Source: an uncultured Parabacteroides sp.
Lineage (GTDB): Bacteria > Bacteroidota > Bacteroidia > Bacteroidales > Tannerellaceae
Length of the DNA: 64,000 nucleotides
Reading direction: 5' to 3'
Assembly (NCBI GenBank): GCA_944325345.1
Contig: CALUZV010000011.1
Location: forward strand, 24,920 to 88,919
In this document: positions 47,230-56,240 of the stretch, piece by piece
Position numbering within the stretch: the stretch's first letter is position 1
Layout of the letters: each line of letters opens with the position of its first letter
Position numbers and translations under genes: made by a program
Notes under the pieces: generated by a model
Databases searched by the model: none
What the model saw: only the letters and a program-made list of their open reading frames with translations
What the model was told of the DNA's origin: nothing

Positions 47230-48018
47230 ATGAACATATCCCCATTAGCTGTTGTTCATCCCGAGGCTAAGCTCGGAGAGAACGTTACTATCGACCCTTT
47301 CGCAGTGATAGAGAAGGATGTCGTCATCGGCGACAACTGCCACATCTTCCCTCATGCCGTTATCCTCGACGGGGCGCGCATCGGCAACAACTGCCGCATC
47401 TTCCCCGGCGCCGTGATTGCCGGAATCCCGCAGGACTTGAAGTTCCGGGGGGAAATCACTACGGCAGAGATAGGCGACAACACGACTATCCGCGAATGTG
47501 TAACCATCAATCGGGGAACAGCCTCGAAGGGACGTACCATCGTGGGACGCAACTGCCTCATTATGGCCTATTCCCACGTGGCACACGATTGCGTGGTGCG
47601 TGATAATGTGATTATCGGGAATGCTTCGCAGATTGCTGGTGAAGTCGAAATAGATGATTACGCTATCGTCAGTGGAGGTACTTTAGTCCATCAGTTCACC
47701 CGCATCTCGAAGCATGTGATGATTCAGGGCGGCTCGCGCATCGGCAAGGATATTCCTCCCTATACATTGGTGGGTCGCGACCCGATTACTTACTGCGGTA
47801 TCAACATCGTAGGCTTGCGCCGTCGTGGTTTTACCAACCAGCAAGTCTATCTGATACAAGACATCTACCGTACGATTTACACCCGGGGGCTGAACAATTC
47901 AGATGCCTTGAAAGCCATTGAGACGGAATATGAACCGAGCGAGGAGCGCGATCTTATCCTCGACTTCATCAAGTCGTCGAAGCGCGGGATCGTCCGTGGT
48001 TCCATCGATGAGCTTTAG
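47230..48018 (+). CDS. lpxA: Acyl-ACP--UDP-GlcNAc O-acyltransferase
   Basis: 262 aa, hexapeptide repeats, conserved operon position. Confidence 0.93.
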   Translation: MNISPLAVVHPEAKLGENVTIDPFAVIEKDVVIGDNCHIFPHAVILDGARIGNNCRIFPGAVIAGIPQDLKFRGEITTAEIGDNTTIRECVTINRGTASKGRTIVGRNCLIMAYSHVAHDCVVRDNVIIGNASQIAGEVEIDDYAIVSGGTLVHQFTRISKHVMIQGGSRIGKDIPPYTLVGRDPITYCGINIVGLRRRGFTNQQVYLIQDIYRTIYTRGLNNSDALKAIETEYEPSEERDLILDFIKSSKRGIVRGSIDEL

Positions 48019-48042
48019 CTTTCTCCCCTTTGGTATAAAACA

Positions 48043-48080
48043 AAAACGGCTACTTTGTTCCACGCAAGGTAGCCGTTTTA
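48043..48080 (+). terminator. Intrinsic terminator of the lpx operon
   Basis: AAAACGGCTAC-loop-GTAGCCGTTTT. Confidence 0.7.
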
Positions 48081-48134
48081 GGATATTGTAGTACTTATGG
48101 TTTAAACAACATCCCCAATCCAAGAATAATCATA

Positions 48135-48169
48135 ACAAAAAAAGCAGCTATCTTTACTAGATAACTGCT
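48135..48169 (-). terminator. Intrinsic terminator after tRNA-Thr
   Basis: Reverse strand: AGCAGTTATCT-agtaa-AGATAGCTGCT followed by TTTTTTGTT. Confidence 0.7.
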
Positions 48170-48179
48170 TAATTTAGTG

Positions 48180-48252
<73 letters not shown>

Positions 48253-48284
48253 AACTTGTCAACTGTCTTTCTTTTTTGACGGTG

Positions 48285-48292
48285 CAAAGGTA
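48285..48292 (-). promoter_or_regulatory. -7 box (TACCTTTG) for tRNA-Thr
   Basis: 33 nt upstream of the tRNA 5' end. Confidence 0.45.
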
Positions 48293-48298
48293 AGTACT

Positions 48299-48760
48299 TT
48301 ATTCGACATCTGAAAGAAGTTTGGCTAAAAAATTATCTAAATCTGCATCTAAATCTTTCAGAAGCGGGTCGTCGAGGCGGAGATTATCATCGTCGAGAAA
48401 GAGAAGTTCTTCAATGACAACGAAATCCTCATCGGTCAAGTTTACTGAGAAAGGTTTGATGAAACAGGGCTTCTCGAAGACTCCCTTGGTGGAGAGGATT
48501 GCAAGGACGGCACGCAGGACAGGGGCGACCTTCTTGTTGAACGCCTCTTCATCTTCGGGGCTATTGACCCAATCGAAGATAACTGTCTTCTCGACCATTT
48601 GTTCGTCTTCGTTGTAAATCTGGACTTCGCCGCTTTCGGCATCCACTTGTACGAAGATGTCATTGATGAATTTCCCGTCGTTGTTCTTCTCCATCTTGTC
48701 TAAAGCCTTGGCGAAGGTGGACTCCAAAACGGATTGGATATTTGTTTTTGTTTCGCTCAT
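48299..48760 (-). CDS. Acidic hypothetical protein (153 aa)
   Basis: Clean ORF, very D/E-rich. No family recognised. Confidence 0.55.
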   Translation of the reverse strand: MSETKTNIQSVLESTFAKALDKMEKNNDGKFINDIFVQVDAESGEVQIYNEDEQMVEKTVIFDWVNSPEDEEAFNKKVAPVLRAVLAILSTKGVFEKPCFIKPFSVNLTDEDFVVIEELLFLDDDNLRLDDPLLKDLDADLDNFLAKLLSDVE

Positions 48761-48815
48761 ATTGTCGATTCCTTTCTTTAATTAAGCCTCCAAAAGTAGT
48801 AAAAAAACGGGAATG

Positions 48816-49853
48816 TTATTCTCCGATTTGAATATTTAGTTTTTTATCGGCATTTATTCGGTCGCCCAAGACTTGGACATAGGCACGGAGCAGGAGCGCA
48901 TCTTTACCTTCGGCATCTTCTTCGTCGAACAAAGCTTGAGCCTTGCGCGCCCAGTCATACGCCTCAGGAAAGCGGTTTTGCATCTCGCAGGCTAAGGCAA
49001 GGTTCGTATAGACTTCGGCAAGGTCGCTCTTCCGCGTGGTGTTTTGGGCTATGGCTTGCCAGCGTTCTTCGGCTTCTTTCCATTTTCCGGCGGCGGCAAA
49101 GGCCGAGGCTTCTTTCCAACGGGCTCCAGGACTGGTATAAAACCAGCGGGAGGCTTCACTCCAATGTGGAACGAAGTGGGGCGACATCTTGGCTCCGATG
49201 TAAGCTGCCGCTATCGTCAGAGCATCGTCAGGCTGGGGCAGCAGTTCATTGAGTTGGAAGATATTGGCCGCCATTTCTTCCCATATCACTGAATCGGCCA
49301 GCAAGATAGTGCCCAAGGGTTGCGCCTTCGTGGGGACATAAGTCCGCAGAAGTCCCGAGGCACGTACTTTGACCACTCCGTATTCTGCTCCCATTGAGGG
49401 GATAGATTCGACGCTCCGCTCCATCGAAAACGTTAAACGGTCGAGGGAAAGCACTGCCTCTGTGCCGTTCTCGTCGCATAGCATGCGTACCTGTTCAGGC
49501 GTCAGCTTCTTGTCTGTCAGATAATTTTTGTCCGTCCGAACGGCATCGTGGTAGAGCAATACGTCTTCAAAATAAGAAGCATCCACGATGGCCATGCCCA
49601 ACGAACGGCAGAAGGCGACCAGCGCGCTATCGGCCTCGGCGCGGCACGTGTCTTGCAGTTCGCCTCGGAGCGTATAATGGTAACCCACGCTATCGGGCTG
49701 AGGGACGGCGTTGTTCACCATCAAGAGTTTCTTTACCTCGGCGGGATAGGTTACGTCTGCCGGCTCGTAGGTCTCGATTTGGAACGTACGCATATTCCCG
49801 CAAGCGAAACAAAGGGCGCAAAGGGCCACCAAGAGGATGCTTCTCATCTTCAT
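48816..49853 (-). CDS. Lipoprotein with C-terminal TPR-like repeats
   Basis: Signal peptide plus lipobox 'LCALCFAC'. The C-terminal 'WKEAEERWQAIA...AEVYTNLALACEMQNRFPEAYDWARKA' is TPR-like. Confidence 0.6.
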   Translation of the reverse strand: MKMRSILLVALCALCFACGNMRTFQIETYEPADVTYPAEVKKLLMVNNAVPQPDSVGYHYTLRGELQDTCRAEADSALVAFCRSLGMAIVDASYFEDVLLYHDAVRTDKNYLTDKKLTPEQVRMLCDENGTEAVLSLDRLTFSMERSVESIPSMGAEYGVVKVRASGLLRTYVPTKAQPLGTILLADSVIWEEMAANIFQLNELLPQPDDALTIAAAYIGAKMSPHFVPHWSEASRWFYTSPGARWKEASAFAAAGKWKEAEERWQAIAQNTTRKSDLAEVYTNLALACEMQNRFPEAYDWARKAQALFDEEDAEGKDALLLRAYVQVLGDRINADKKLNIQIGE

Positions 49854-49861
49854 ATTCTCAT

Positions 49862-50710
49862 TTAATAATCACTTATCGCTTTGAAATACCCGATGGATTC
49901 GGCGATGCCAAGGAACGGGTCTTTCATATCTTTCTCATATTCCAAGCTACACATACCTGTGTAATTCACCTCGCGAAGCATAGCTATAAGGGCAGGAAAA
50001 TCTATCTTTCCGCGTCCTATCTCGATGGCTACGCCGGCCTTCGAGGAATCGGTTACGTCTTTGATGTGCATATCGAAGACGCGGGTATGGTATTTCTTGA
50101 GGTCGGCCACGGGGTCGCACCCGTTGCGTAGGTCATGTCCGACGTCGAGGCACATGCCGATGCGCAGGTCGAGGTCTTTCGTATGCTCCCAAACATCCGT
50201 AGCATCGGGATATATTTTAATGTCAGGACCATGCAGGTGGATGGCATAGTGGAAGTCATATTCCTTGACTTTCTTCTCCACGTATGGGAGCAACTCATAA
50301 TTAGGAACGCCGACGATAGTTTTCACCCCCACGCGCTTGGCATACTCGAATGCCCGGTCTACCTCTGCCTCGCTCCTCATATAAATCGGACCGACGGCGT
50401 AACCCGTTACGTCATACTCGGCGCATTTGGCATGAAAGGCCGCGATTTGCTCCTCGTTGCTATCCAACGGAAGGTGGAAATCCTTGATGCAGAGGTAATG
50501 GATATCCAATCGCTTGAGGGTCTTCAATGTCGTCTCGAGGTCGAAGTTCACGAATGTATAACCCGCCATCCCCAGTTTGAAGGGATTGACCACCTTTGCT
50601 GCCTTGGGCTTCACCGGGTCTGCCCAGGCATTAACGCCTGACGCTAAGCCTCCTATGGCCAGCGTGCCGACCAAACTTTTTCGGAAAAAGTCTCTTCTTG
50701 AATGATTCAT
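49862..50710 (-). CDS. Sugar phosphate isomerase/epimerase (xylose-isomerase-like TIM barrel) with a Tat signal
   Basis: I chose the start at MNHSRRDFFRKSLVGTLAIGGLASGVNAWA (twin-arginine motif; ATG 50710). The track's 5' extension overlaps the divergent gene. Confidence 0.8.
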   Translation of the reverse strand: MNHSRRDFFRKSLVGTLAIGGLASGVNAWADPVKPKAAKVVNPFKLGMAGYTFVNFDLETTLKTLKRLDIHYLCIKDFHLPLDSNEEQIAAFHAKCAEYDVTGYAVGPIYMRSEAEVDRAFEYAKRVGVKTIVGVPNYELLPYVEKKVKEYDFHYAIHLHGPDIKIYPDATDVWEHTKDLDLRIGMCLDVGHDLRNGCDPVADLKKYHTRVFDMHIKDVTDSSKAGVAIEIGRGKIDFPALIAMLREVNYTGMCSLEYEKDMKDPFLGIAESIGYFKAISDY

Positions 50711-50738
50711 GTGTATCAAATTTAAAATTATCGTGCGA

Positions 50739-50746
50739 CAAATATA
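50739..50746 (-). promoter_or_regulatory. -7 box (TATATTTG)
   Basis: 29 nt upstream of the 50710 start. Confidence 0.4.
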
Positions 50747-50781
50747 CGCGTTTTCGAGTAAAACTTTCGTCAGGAAAGCTG

Positions 50782-50789
50782 TATTTTTG
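50782..50789 (+). promoter_or_regulatory. -7 box (TATTTTTG)
   Basis: 19 nt upstream of the 50808 start. Confidence 0.4.
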
Positions 50790-50807
50790 CCTTCAAATCT
50801 ACATCTG

Positions 50808-52073
50808 ATGAAATCATCCGTCCTCGACAAACTCAAGATTCTCGCGGAGTCGGCCAAGTATGACGTCTCCTGCGCCTCCAGCGGAACCTCGCGCTCGCAT
50901 CGGAGTGGGGCGATAGGGAGCGCCGCAGGCTGGGGCATCTGCCATAGCTTCGCGGCTGACGGACGTTGCATCTCGTTGCTCAAAATCATGCTGACGAACT
51001 ATTGCATGTATGATTGCGCCTATTGCATCAACAGGCGGAGCAACGATATCCCCCGCGCCACCTTCTCCGTCTCCGAGCTGGTAGAGCTAACCATCGAGTT
51101 TTATCGCCGGAACTACATCGAGGGTTTGTTTCTTTCTTCGGGCGTCGTGCGTAATCCCGATTACACGATGGAGCGGATGGTTCGCGTGGCCAAAGACCTC
51201 CGGACGGTGCATCATTTCAACGGATATATCCATCTGAAGAGCATCCCCGGGGCAAGCGAGGCGTTGGTGCACGAGGCTGGTCTCTATGCCGACCGCCTGA
51301 GTGTGAACATCGAAATCCCCAACGAGCAAAGCCTCCAAATGCTGGCGCCGGACAAGAATTTCCAAAGCGTCTTCTCGCCGATGCGTTATATCCAGCAGGG
51401 TGTGCTCCAGAGCGCGGAGGAACGCAAACATTTCCGCTCCGCCCCACGCTTCGCACCGGCCGGCCAGAGTACGCAGATGATTATCGGGGCCACGCCCGAT
51501 AGCGACCAGAGCATCCTCCGCCTCTCCTCGGCCCTCTACCGGAGGCAATCGATGAAGCGCGTCTATTACTCGGGCTATATACATATAAATAAATACGACA
51601 CGCGCCTGCCTGCCCTCCGCCAAGCTCCCTTGGTGCGCGAAAACCGCCTCTACCAGGCCGATTGGCTCCTGCGTTTTTATCAATTCCAAGTGGATGAGAT
51701 TGTGAACGATGCTTATCCGAATCTCGACCTCGAGGTGGACCCGAAACTCTCGTGGGCACTCCGCCACCCGGAGTTTTTCCCGGTGGATATCAACAAAGCG
51801 GACTACGAGCTCCTCCTCCGCATCCCCGGTGTGGGCGTGAAATCGGCCAAGGCCATCCTCTTCGCCCGGCGATACGGACGCTTGGGAACGTACCAGTTGA
51901 AGAAGATTGGGGTCGTGATGAAAAAGGCGCAATATTTTATCACCACCGCCGAACTGCCTTCGCCCACCATCCAGGAAATCTCGCCTGAAGGCGTGCGCCG
52001 CCTCTTAGTCAAACCGAACAAGCAAGCGGCCGACGAACGGCAACTCGCCCTTTCTTTTCCCGACGACGTATGA
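50808..52073 (+). CDS. Radical SAM protein of the 'putative DNA modification/repair' family
   Basis: 'NYCMYDCAYC' gives the CxxxCxxC cluster. The N-terminus 'LDKLKILAESAKYDVSC' and a C-terminal HhH-like 'LLLRIPGVGVKSAKAI' are also present. I chose the start at MKSSVLDK (ATG 50808). Confidence 0.8.
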   Translation: MKSSVLDKLKILAESAKYDVSCASSGTSRSHRSGAIGSAAGWGICHSFAADGRCISLLKIMLTNYCMYDCAYCINRRSNDIPRATFSVSELVELTIEFYRRNYIEGLFLSSGVVRNPDYTMERMVRVAKDLRTVHHFNGYIHLKSIPGASEALVHEAGLYADRLSVNIEIPNEQSLQMLAPDKNFQSVFSPMRYIQQGVLQSAEERKHFRSAPRFAPAGQSTQMIIGATPDSDQSILRLSSALYRRQSMKRVYYSGYIHINKYDTRLPALRQAPLVRENRLYQADWLLRFYQFQVDEIVNDAYPNLDLEVDPKLSWALRHPEFFPVDINKADYELLLRIPGVGVKSAKAILFARRYGRLGTYQLKKIGVVMKKAQYFITTAELPSPTIQEISPEGVRRLLVKPNKQAADERQLALSFPDDV

Positions 52074-52843
52074 CCATTTACCGTTATGACAAATCGTTCG
52101 AAGGCCTCCTGACCGCCATCTTCTATGCCTACACCCGGCGGCAATTCCCCGACAGGCTCGTGGGCTGCGGCGAACCGTTGCCTCTCTTTGCCGACGAGGT
52201 CTTCGAGGTCGTCAGCGATGCCGCCCATGCCGACCGCGTCTGGAAAGGTCTGGAGCGAAAGGTGAAACAGCGCGAACTGCTCTCGGCCATCACTTTTGCC
52301 TGGCTCTCGGAGCTGCCCGAGGTCGATATGCTCCTCTTCCGCTACATCCGCAAGTTATTTGATTTCAAAGGAAACTTCTCCTTCAATCTGGGGGATGCCG
52401 ATGTCCTGCAAGTCCACAAAATCTGGCGGAAAGTCAGTCAGGAGCGCCTGCGCGTCTGCCAATTCCTTCGTTTTCAGAAGACCGCCGACGGGATATACTT
52501 CGCCGCCCTCGCCCCATTATATAATGTATTGCCCCTGACCCTGCCGCATCTGACGGACCGCTTTGCCGACCAGTCGTGGCTCCTCTACGACCTCAAACGC
52601 GAGTATGGCTATTATTATAATGGAAAGGAAGCCGAGGAAGTACGCTTCGCCGACCGCCCCGAGCACCTCCGCACCGGCCGCCTCGATGCCTCGCAGATGG
52701 ACGCGGACGAAGCCGCCTTCCAGCAACTCTGGCAGACCTATTTCCAAGCCACCGCCATCCGCGAACGCCTCAACCCGCGACTGCACCGGCAAAACATGCC
52801 CGCGCGCTTCTGGCCCTACCTGACGGAGAAATACGGCAAATGA
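52070..52843 (+). CDS. DUF4130-type 'probable DNA metabolism protein', the usual partner of the radical SAM gene
   Basis: 4-bp overlap (ATGA) with the upstream gene. 'MTIYRYDKSFEGLLTAIFYAY' is the typical N-terminus of this partner family, from memory. Confidence 0.65.
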   Translation: MTIYRYDKSFEGLLTAIFYAYTRRQFPDRLVGCGEPLPLFADEVFEVVSDAAHADRVWKGLERKVKQRELLSAITFAWLSELPEVDMLLFRYIRKLFDFKGNFSFNLGDADVLQVHKIWRKVSQERLRVCQFLRFQKTADGIYFAALAPLYNVLPLTLPHLTDRFADQSWLLYDLKREYGYYYNGKEAEEVRFADRPEHLRTGRLDASQMDADEAAFQQLWQTYFQATAIRERLNPRLHRQNMPARFWPYLTEKYGK

Positions 52844-52869
52844 CAGGAACGCCGCCGGTGCTGAAAAAG

Positions 52870-53139
52870 GTTTCCTGCAATTTGCAAGACGCTTGCGACG
52901 GCGTCGCGAGCGTCCTTACATTTGCAGAGTTGCTTGCGACGGCGTCGCAAAGCCCAAAATATTTGCAGAGTTCTTTGCGACGGCGTCGCAAGCGTCCTTT
53001 TTTTTGCAGAGTCGTTTGCGACGGCGTCGCAAGCGTCTTGTTTTTTGCAGAGTTCTTTGCGACGGCGTCGCAAACGTCTTGTTTTTTTGCAGAGCTCTTT
53101 GCGACGGCGTCGCAAGCTACTCTGCAAATTGCAGGAAAC
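52870..53139. repeat. Six 41-bp units carrying the palindrome TTGCGACG-G-CGTCGCAA, bounded by a 17-bp perfect inverted repeat
   Basis: GCGACGGCGTCGC occurs at 52895/52936/52977/53018/53059/53101. The terminal inverted repeat is GTTTCCTGCAATTTGCA (52870-52886) and TGCAAATTGCAGGAAAC (53123-53139). Confidence 0.9.
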
Positions 53140-53251
53140 TATTTTTCGCCTATATTGTACTTTTAACATTAATAAAACATCAAATCCGAAAAATATCCCG
53201 TAAATTCGTGCCAACAAATACAAATAACAACCTTATAAATTATAATTTATC

Positions 53252-54883
53252 ATGGACAATGCTTTATTTCGGTTTGCTAAACCGATAAACGAGCCGGTAA
53301 AGAGCTATGCACCCGGCACGAGCGAGAAAGCAGCTTTGAAGCAAGCTCTGGCTCAGTTATCATCTGAAAAGTGGGATATCCCATTGGTTATCGGCGGAAA
53401 AGAAATCCGCACGGGCGATACGGGCAATGTTGTCATGCCGCACGACCACCATCATGTCCTCGCTACCTACCACAAGGCAGGTGAGAAGGAAGTGCAAATG
53501 GCCATCGACGCTGCGATGAAGGCACACAAGGACTGGTCGGAACTTCCTTGGACAGAACGCGCTTCGGTAGTCCTCCGTATCGCAGAACTCCTCTCGACGA
53601 AATACCGCTATATCTTGAATGCTTCGGTGATGCTGGGACAGAGTAAGAATCCCTTCCAGGCAGAAATCGATGCACCTTGCGAATTGATTGACTTCTTGCG
53701 CTTCAGCACATTCTATGCAAGCCAGGTATATGCCGACCAGCCGTATTCCGAAACAGGGACGCTGAACCGCATGGAATACCGCGCGCTGGAAGGCTTCATC
53801 TTCTCTTTGACGCCGTTCAACTTCACTTCTATCGCTTCAAACCTGAACATGGGTCCGGCCATGATGGGTAACGTAGCTGTTTGGAAGCCTTCGACCACGG
53901 CGCTTTATTCCAACTACCTTTTGATGAAGGTATTCAAGGAAGCAGGTCTGCCTGACGGCGTTGTGAACTTCATCCCGGGCAAGGGAAGCGTCATTGGCAA
54001 GGTGGTAACAGCAAGTCCCGACTTGGCAGGTTTCCACTTCACAGGTTCTACTTCGACATTCAACACGTTGTGGCGCCAGATGGGTGAGAACCTCGGACAC
54101 TACAAGTCCTATCCGAAGATTGTAGGCGAGACGGGCGGAAAGAACTTCATCGTAGCTCATCCGTCAGCTTGCCCGTTGGAAGTAGCCACGGCGATTGTTC
54201 GCGGTGCCTTCGAATACCAGGGACAGAAGTGCTCGGCAGGTTCTCGTGCATACATTCCGAAGTCTTTGTGGGGACAGGTGAAAGATTACGTAGGCGATAT
54301 GCTGAAGGAAATCAAGATGGGTGATGTGCAGGACTTCACGAACTTCATCAATGCCGTTATCGACGAAGCATCGTTTGACAACATTATGGGCTATATCAAT
54401 TATGCCAAGGAATCACCTGATGCAGAAATCATCTTCGGCGGAAATGGAGACAAGTCTGTAGGTTACTTCGTCGAGCCGACGGTTATCCAGACAACCGACC
54501 CGAAGTTCAAGACGATGGTGGAAGAAATCTTCGGTCCGGTCATCACAATCTTCGTTTATGACGATGACAAGTATGAAGAGACCCTCGAACTCTGCGACCA
54601 GACATCACCGTATGGCCTGACAGGTTCAATCTTCTCGCACGACCGGTATGCTATCGACAAAGCGTTCAACAAGCTGCGCTATTCAGCAGGTAATTTCTAT
54701 ATCAACGACAAACCGACAGGCGCCGTTATTGCCCAGCAGCCGTTTGGTGGCTCTCGTGCTTCGGGTACGAACGACAAGGCCGGAGGTCCGTTGAACCTTA
54801 TCCGCTGGACGAACCCGCGTTGTATCAAAGAAGCGTTGGTTCCGCCGACAAGCTACGGTTATCCGTTCTTGGGCGAGAAGTAA
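53252..54883 (+). CDS. pruA: L-glutamate gamma-semialdehyde (1-pyrroline-5-carboxylate) dehydrogenase
   Basis: 543 aa aldehyde dehydrogenase with 'ETGGKNF' and the catalytic 'GQKCSAGSR'. Confidence 0.88.
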   Translation: MDNALFRFAKPINEPVKSYAPGTSEKAALKQALAQLSSEKWDIPLVIGGKEIRTGDTGNVVMPHDHHHVLATYHKAGEKEVQMAIDAAMKAHKDWSELPWTERASVVLRIAELLSTKYRYILNASVMLGQSKNPFQAEIDAPCELIDFLRFSTFYASQVYADQPYSETGTLNRMEYRALEGFIFSLTPFNFTSIASNLNMGPAMMGNVAVWKPSTTALYSNYLLMKVFKEAGLPDGVVNFIPGKGSVIGKVVTASPDLAGFHFTGSTSTFNTLWRQMGENLGHYKSYPKIVGETGGKNFIVAHPSACPLEVATAIVRGAFEYQGQKCSAGSRAYIPKSLWGQVKDYVGDMLKEIKMGDVQDFTNFINAVIDEASFDNIMGYINYAKESPDAEIIFGGNGDKSVGYFVEPTVIQTTDPKFKTMVEEIFGPVITIFVYDDDKYEETLELCDQTSPYGLTGSIFSHDRYAIDKAFNKLRYSAGNFYINDKPTGAVIAQQPFGGSRASGTNDKAGGPLNLIRWTNPRCIKEALVPPTSYGYPFLGEK

Positions 54884-54898
54884 GTGCGACACATTATG

Positions 54899-54968
54899 AT
54901 GAGTTCCGAGTTATGAGTCATGAGTTCTCTGCTCGGAACTCATATTTCATAACTTATGACTCTCATAA
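54899..54968. promoter_or_regulatory. Interleaved inverted repeats between pruA and the proline dehydrogenase gene
   Basis: A = ATGAGTTCCGAG (54899-54910) pairs perfectly with CTCGGAACTCAT (54932-54943). B = GTTATGAGTCAT (54910-54921) pairs imperfectly with ATGACTCTCATAA (54956-54968). The order is A-B-A'-B'. Confidence 0.45.
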
Positions 54969-54987
54969 TTCCTTAAATACATTTGCC

Positions 54988-56160
54988 ATGTTAGACTTTA
55001 ACAATACCGAAATAGCATTTTCTGCTAAATCACAATCCGAATTGCAAAATGCTTACCTTTTATTCAATACAATCAAACATCCGTGGATTGTCAAATGTGC
55101 CAGTGCCGCAAGCAATATAGCCTTGAAGATACACTTCCCCTTGGCATGGGCGGTCAAACCTACCCTCTATAAGCAATTCGTAGGAGGAGAAACCTTGGAA
55201 GATTGCCGCAAAGTCATAGACCATCTGCGGAGCTTTAATGTCCGTTCCACATTGGACTTCTCGGCCGAGGGCGAACAGACACCGGCGGGTATCCAAGCGA
55301 CTTTTGAAGAAACACTCCGCTCCATCGACTTTGCCAAAGGGAATGATAACCTGGCGTATGCCGTATTCAAACCCTCGACCATCATTACGGATGAACTATT
55401 AACCAAAGCCTCGGAGAAACGGGAAGAACTGACCATAGAAGAAATTAAAGAGTTCCGCGAGTTCAAAGAACGCTTCATGGCTTTTTGCCAACGGGCTTAC
55501 GAGAATGATGTCCGTCTTATCGTCGATGCAGAGGACTATAGTTTCCAAAATGCTTTGGACGAACTGACCGACGAAGCTATGCGCAAGTATAACAAGAAAC
55601 GGGCTATTGTCTTTGCCACTCTCCAGATGTATCGCCATGACAGAATGCCCTATCTGCGTCAGATTTTGGCTGATGCCCAGGAGAAAGACTACATTGCGGG
55701 CGTGAAGTTTGTGCGTGGGGCTTATATGGAGGCCGAGCGTGCCCGTGCTGCCGCTATGGGATACCCCGACCCGATATGTAAGGACAAACCGACCACGGAT
55801 GCCAACTTCAACGAGGGAGTCAGCTTCGCGATGGATCATTTGGATCGGTTTGAAATATTCATGGGGACGCATAACGAGGAAAGCAACTATATGCTTGCCA
55901 AGTTAATAGACGAGAAAGGGCTGGCTCGCGATGACAAACGCATCTTTTTCGCCCAGCTTTTGGGTATGAGCGATAATATCTCCTTCAACTTGGCCCATGA
56001 GGGATATAACGTAACAAAGTATGTTCCTTATGCTAAAGTACGCGATGTCTTGCCTTACTTAATCCGTCGTGCCGAGGAAAATACCTCCGTAGCCGGACAG
56101 ACAGGACGCGAGCTAAAAATGCTGAAGACGGAGATTGAAAGAAGGAAACATACTAAATAA
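54988..56160 (+). CDS. Proline dehydrogenase (monofunctional)
   Basis: 390 aa TIM-barrel PRODH with 'LIVDAEDYSFQ' and 'FAQLLGMSD'. I chose the start at MLDFNNTE (ATG 54988). Confidence 0.8.
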   Translation: MLDFNNTEIAFSAKSQSELQNAYLLFNTIKHPWIVKCASAASNIALKIHFPLAWAVKPTLYKQFVGGETLEDCRKVIDHLRSFNVRSTLDFSAEGEQTPAGIQATFEETLRSIDFAKGNDNLAYAVFKPSTIITDELLTKASEKREELTIEEIKEFREFKERFMAFCQRAYENDVRLIVDAEDYSFQNALDELTDEAMRKYNKKRAIVFATLQMYRHDRMPYLRQILADAQEKDYIAGVKFVRGAYMEAERARAAAMGYPDPICKDKPTTDANFNEGVSFAMDHLDRFEIFMGTHNEESNYMLAKLIDEKGLARDDKRIFFAQLLGMSDNISFNLAHEGYNVTKYVPYAKVRDVLPYLIRRAEENTSVAGQTGRELKMLKTEIERRKHTK

Positions 56161-56175
56161 GGTATGAAAACATGG

Positions 56176-56222
56176 GGAATAAGGAACGAAAAACACATGT
56201 TTGATTCATCGTTCCTTATTCC
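56176..56222. terminator. Hairpin between convergent genes
   Basis: GGAATAAGGAACGA-loop-TCGTTCCTTATTCC (14-bp stem). Confidence 0.55.
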
Positions 56223-56240
56223 TCACATTTTATTCCCCGA

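Noticed and set aside
52870-53139. Classifying the element with a terminal inverted repeat as a MITE in the feature list.
   Set aside because: No target-site duplication is visible, only one copy is present in this window, and the termini are variants of the internal repeat spacer. I kept it as a repeat, with the MITE reading as an alternative in the findings.
52816-53223. Repetitive ORFs called across the arrays, for example 52816..53223, 52840..53166, 52893..53288, 35661..36452, 35762..36415, 36172..36471, 22069..22260, 44571..44765 and 28274..28504.
   Set aside because: Their peptide sequences are simply the translated tandem DNA repeat (RRRRKELCK..., GFGTF...KPRGG...). Several overlap each other in different frames and strands, and they lack promoter boxes.
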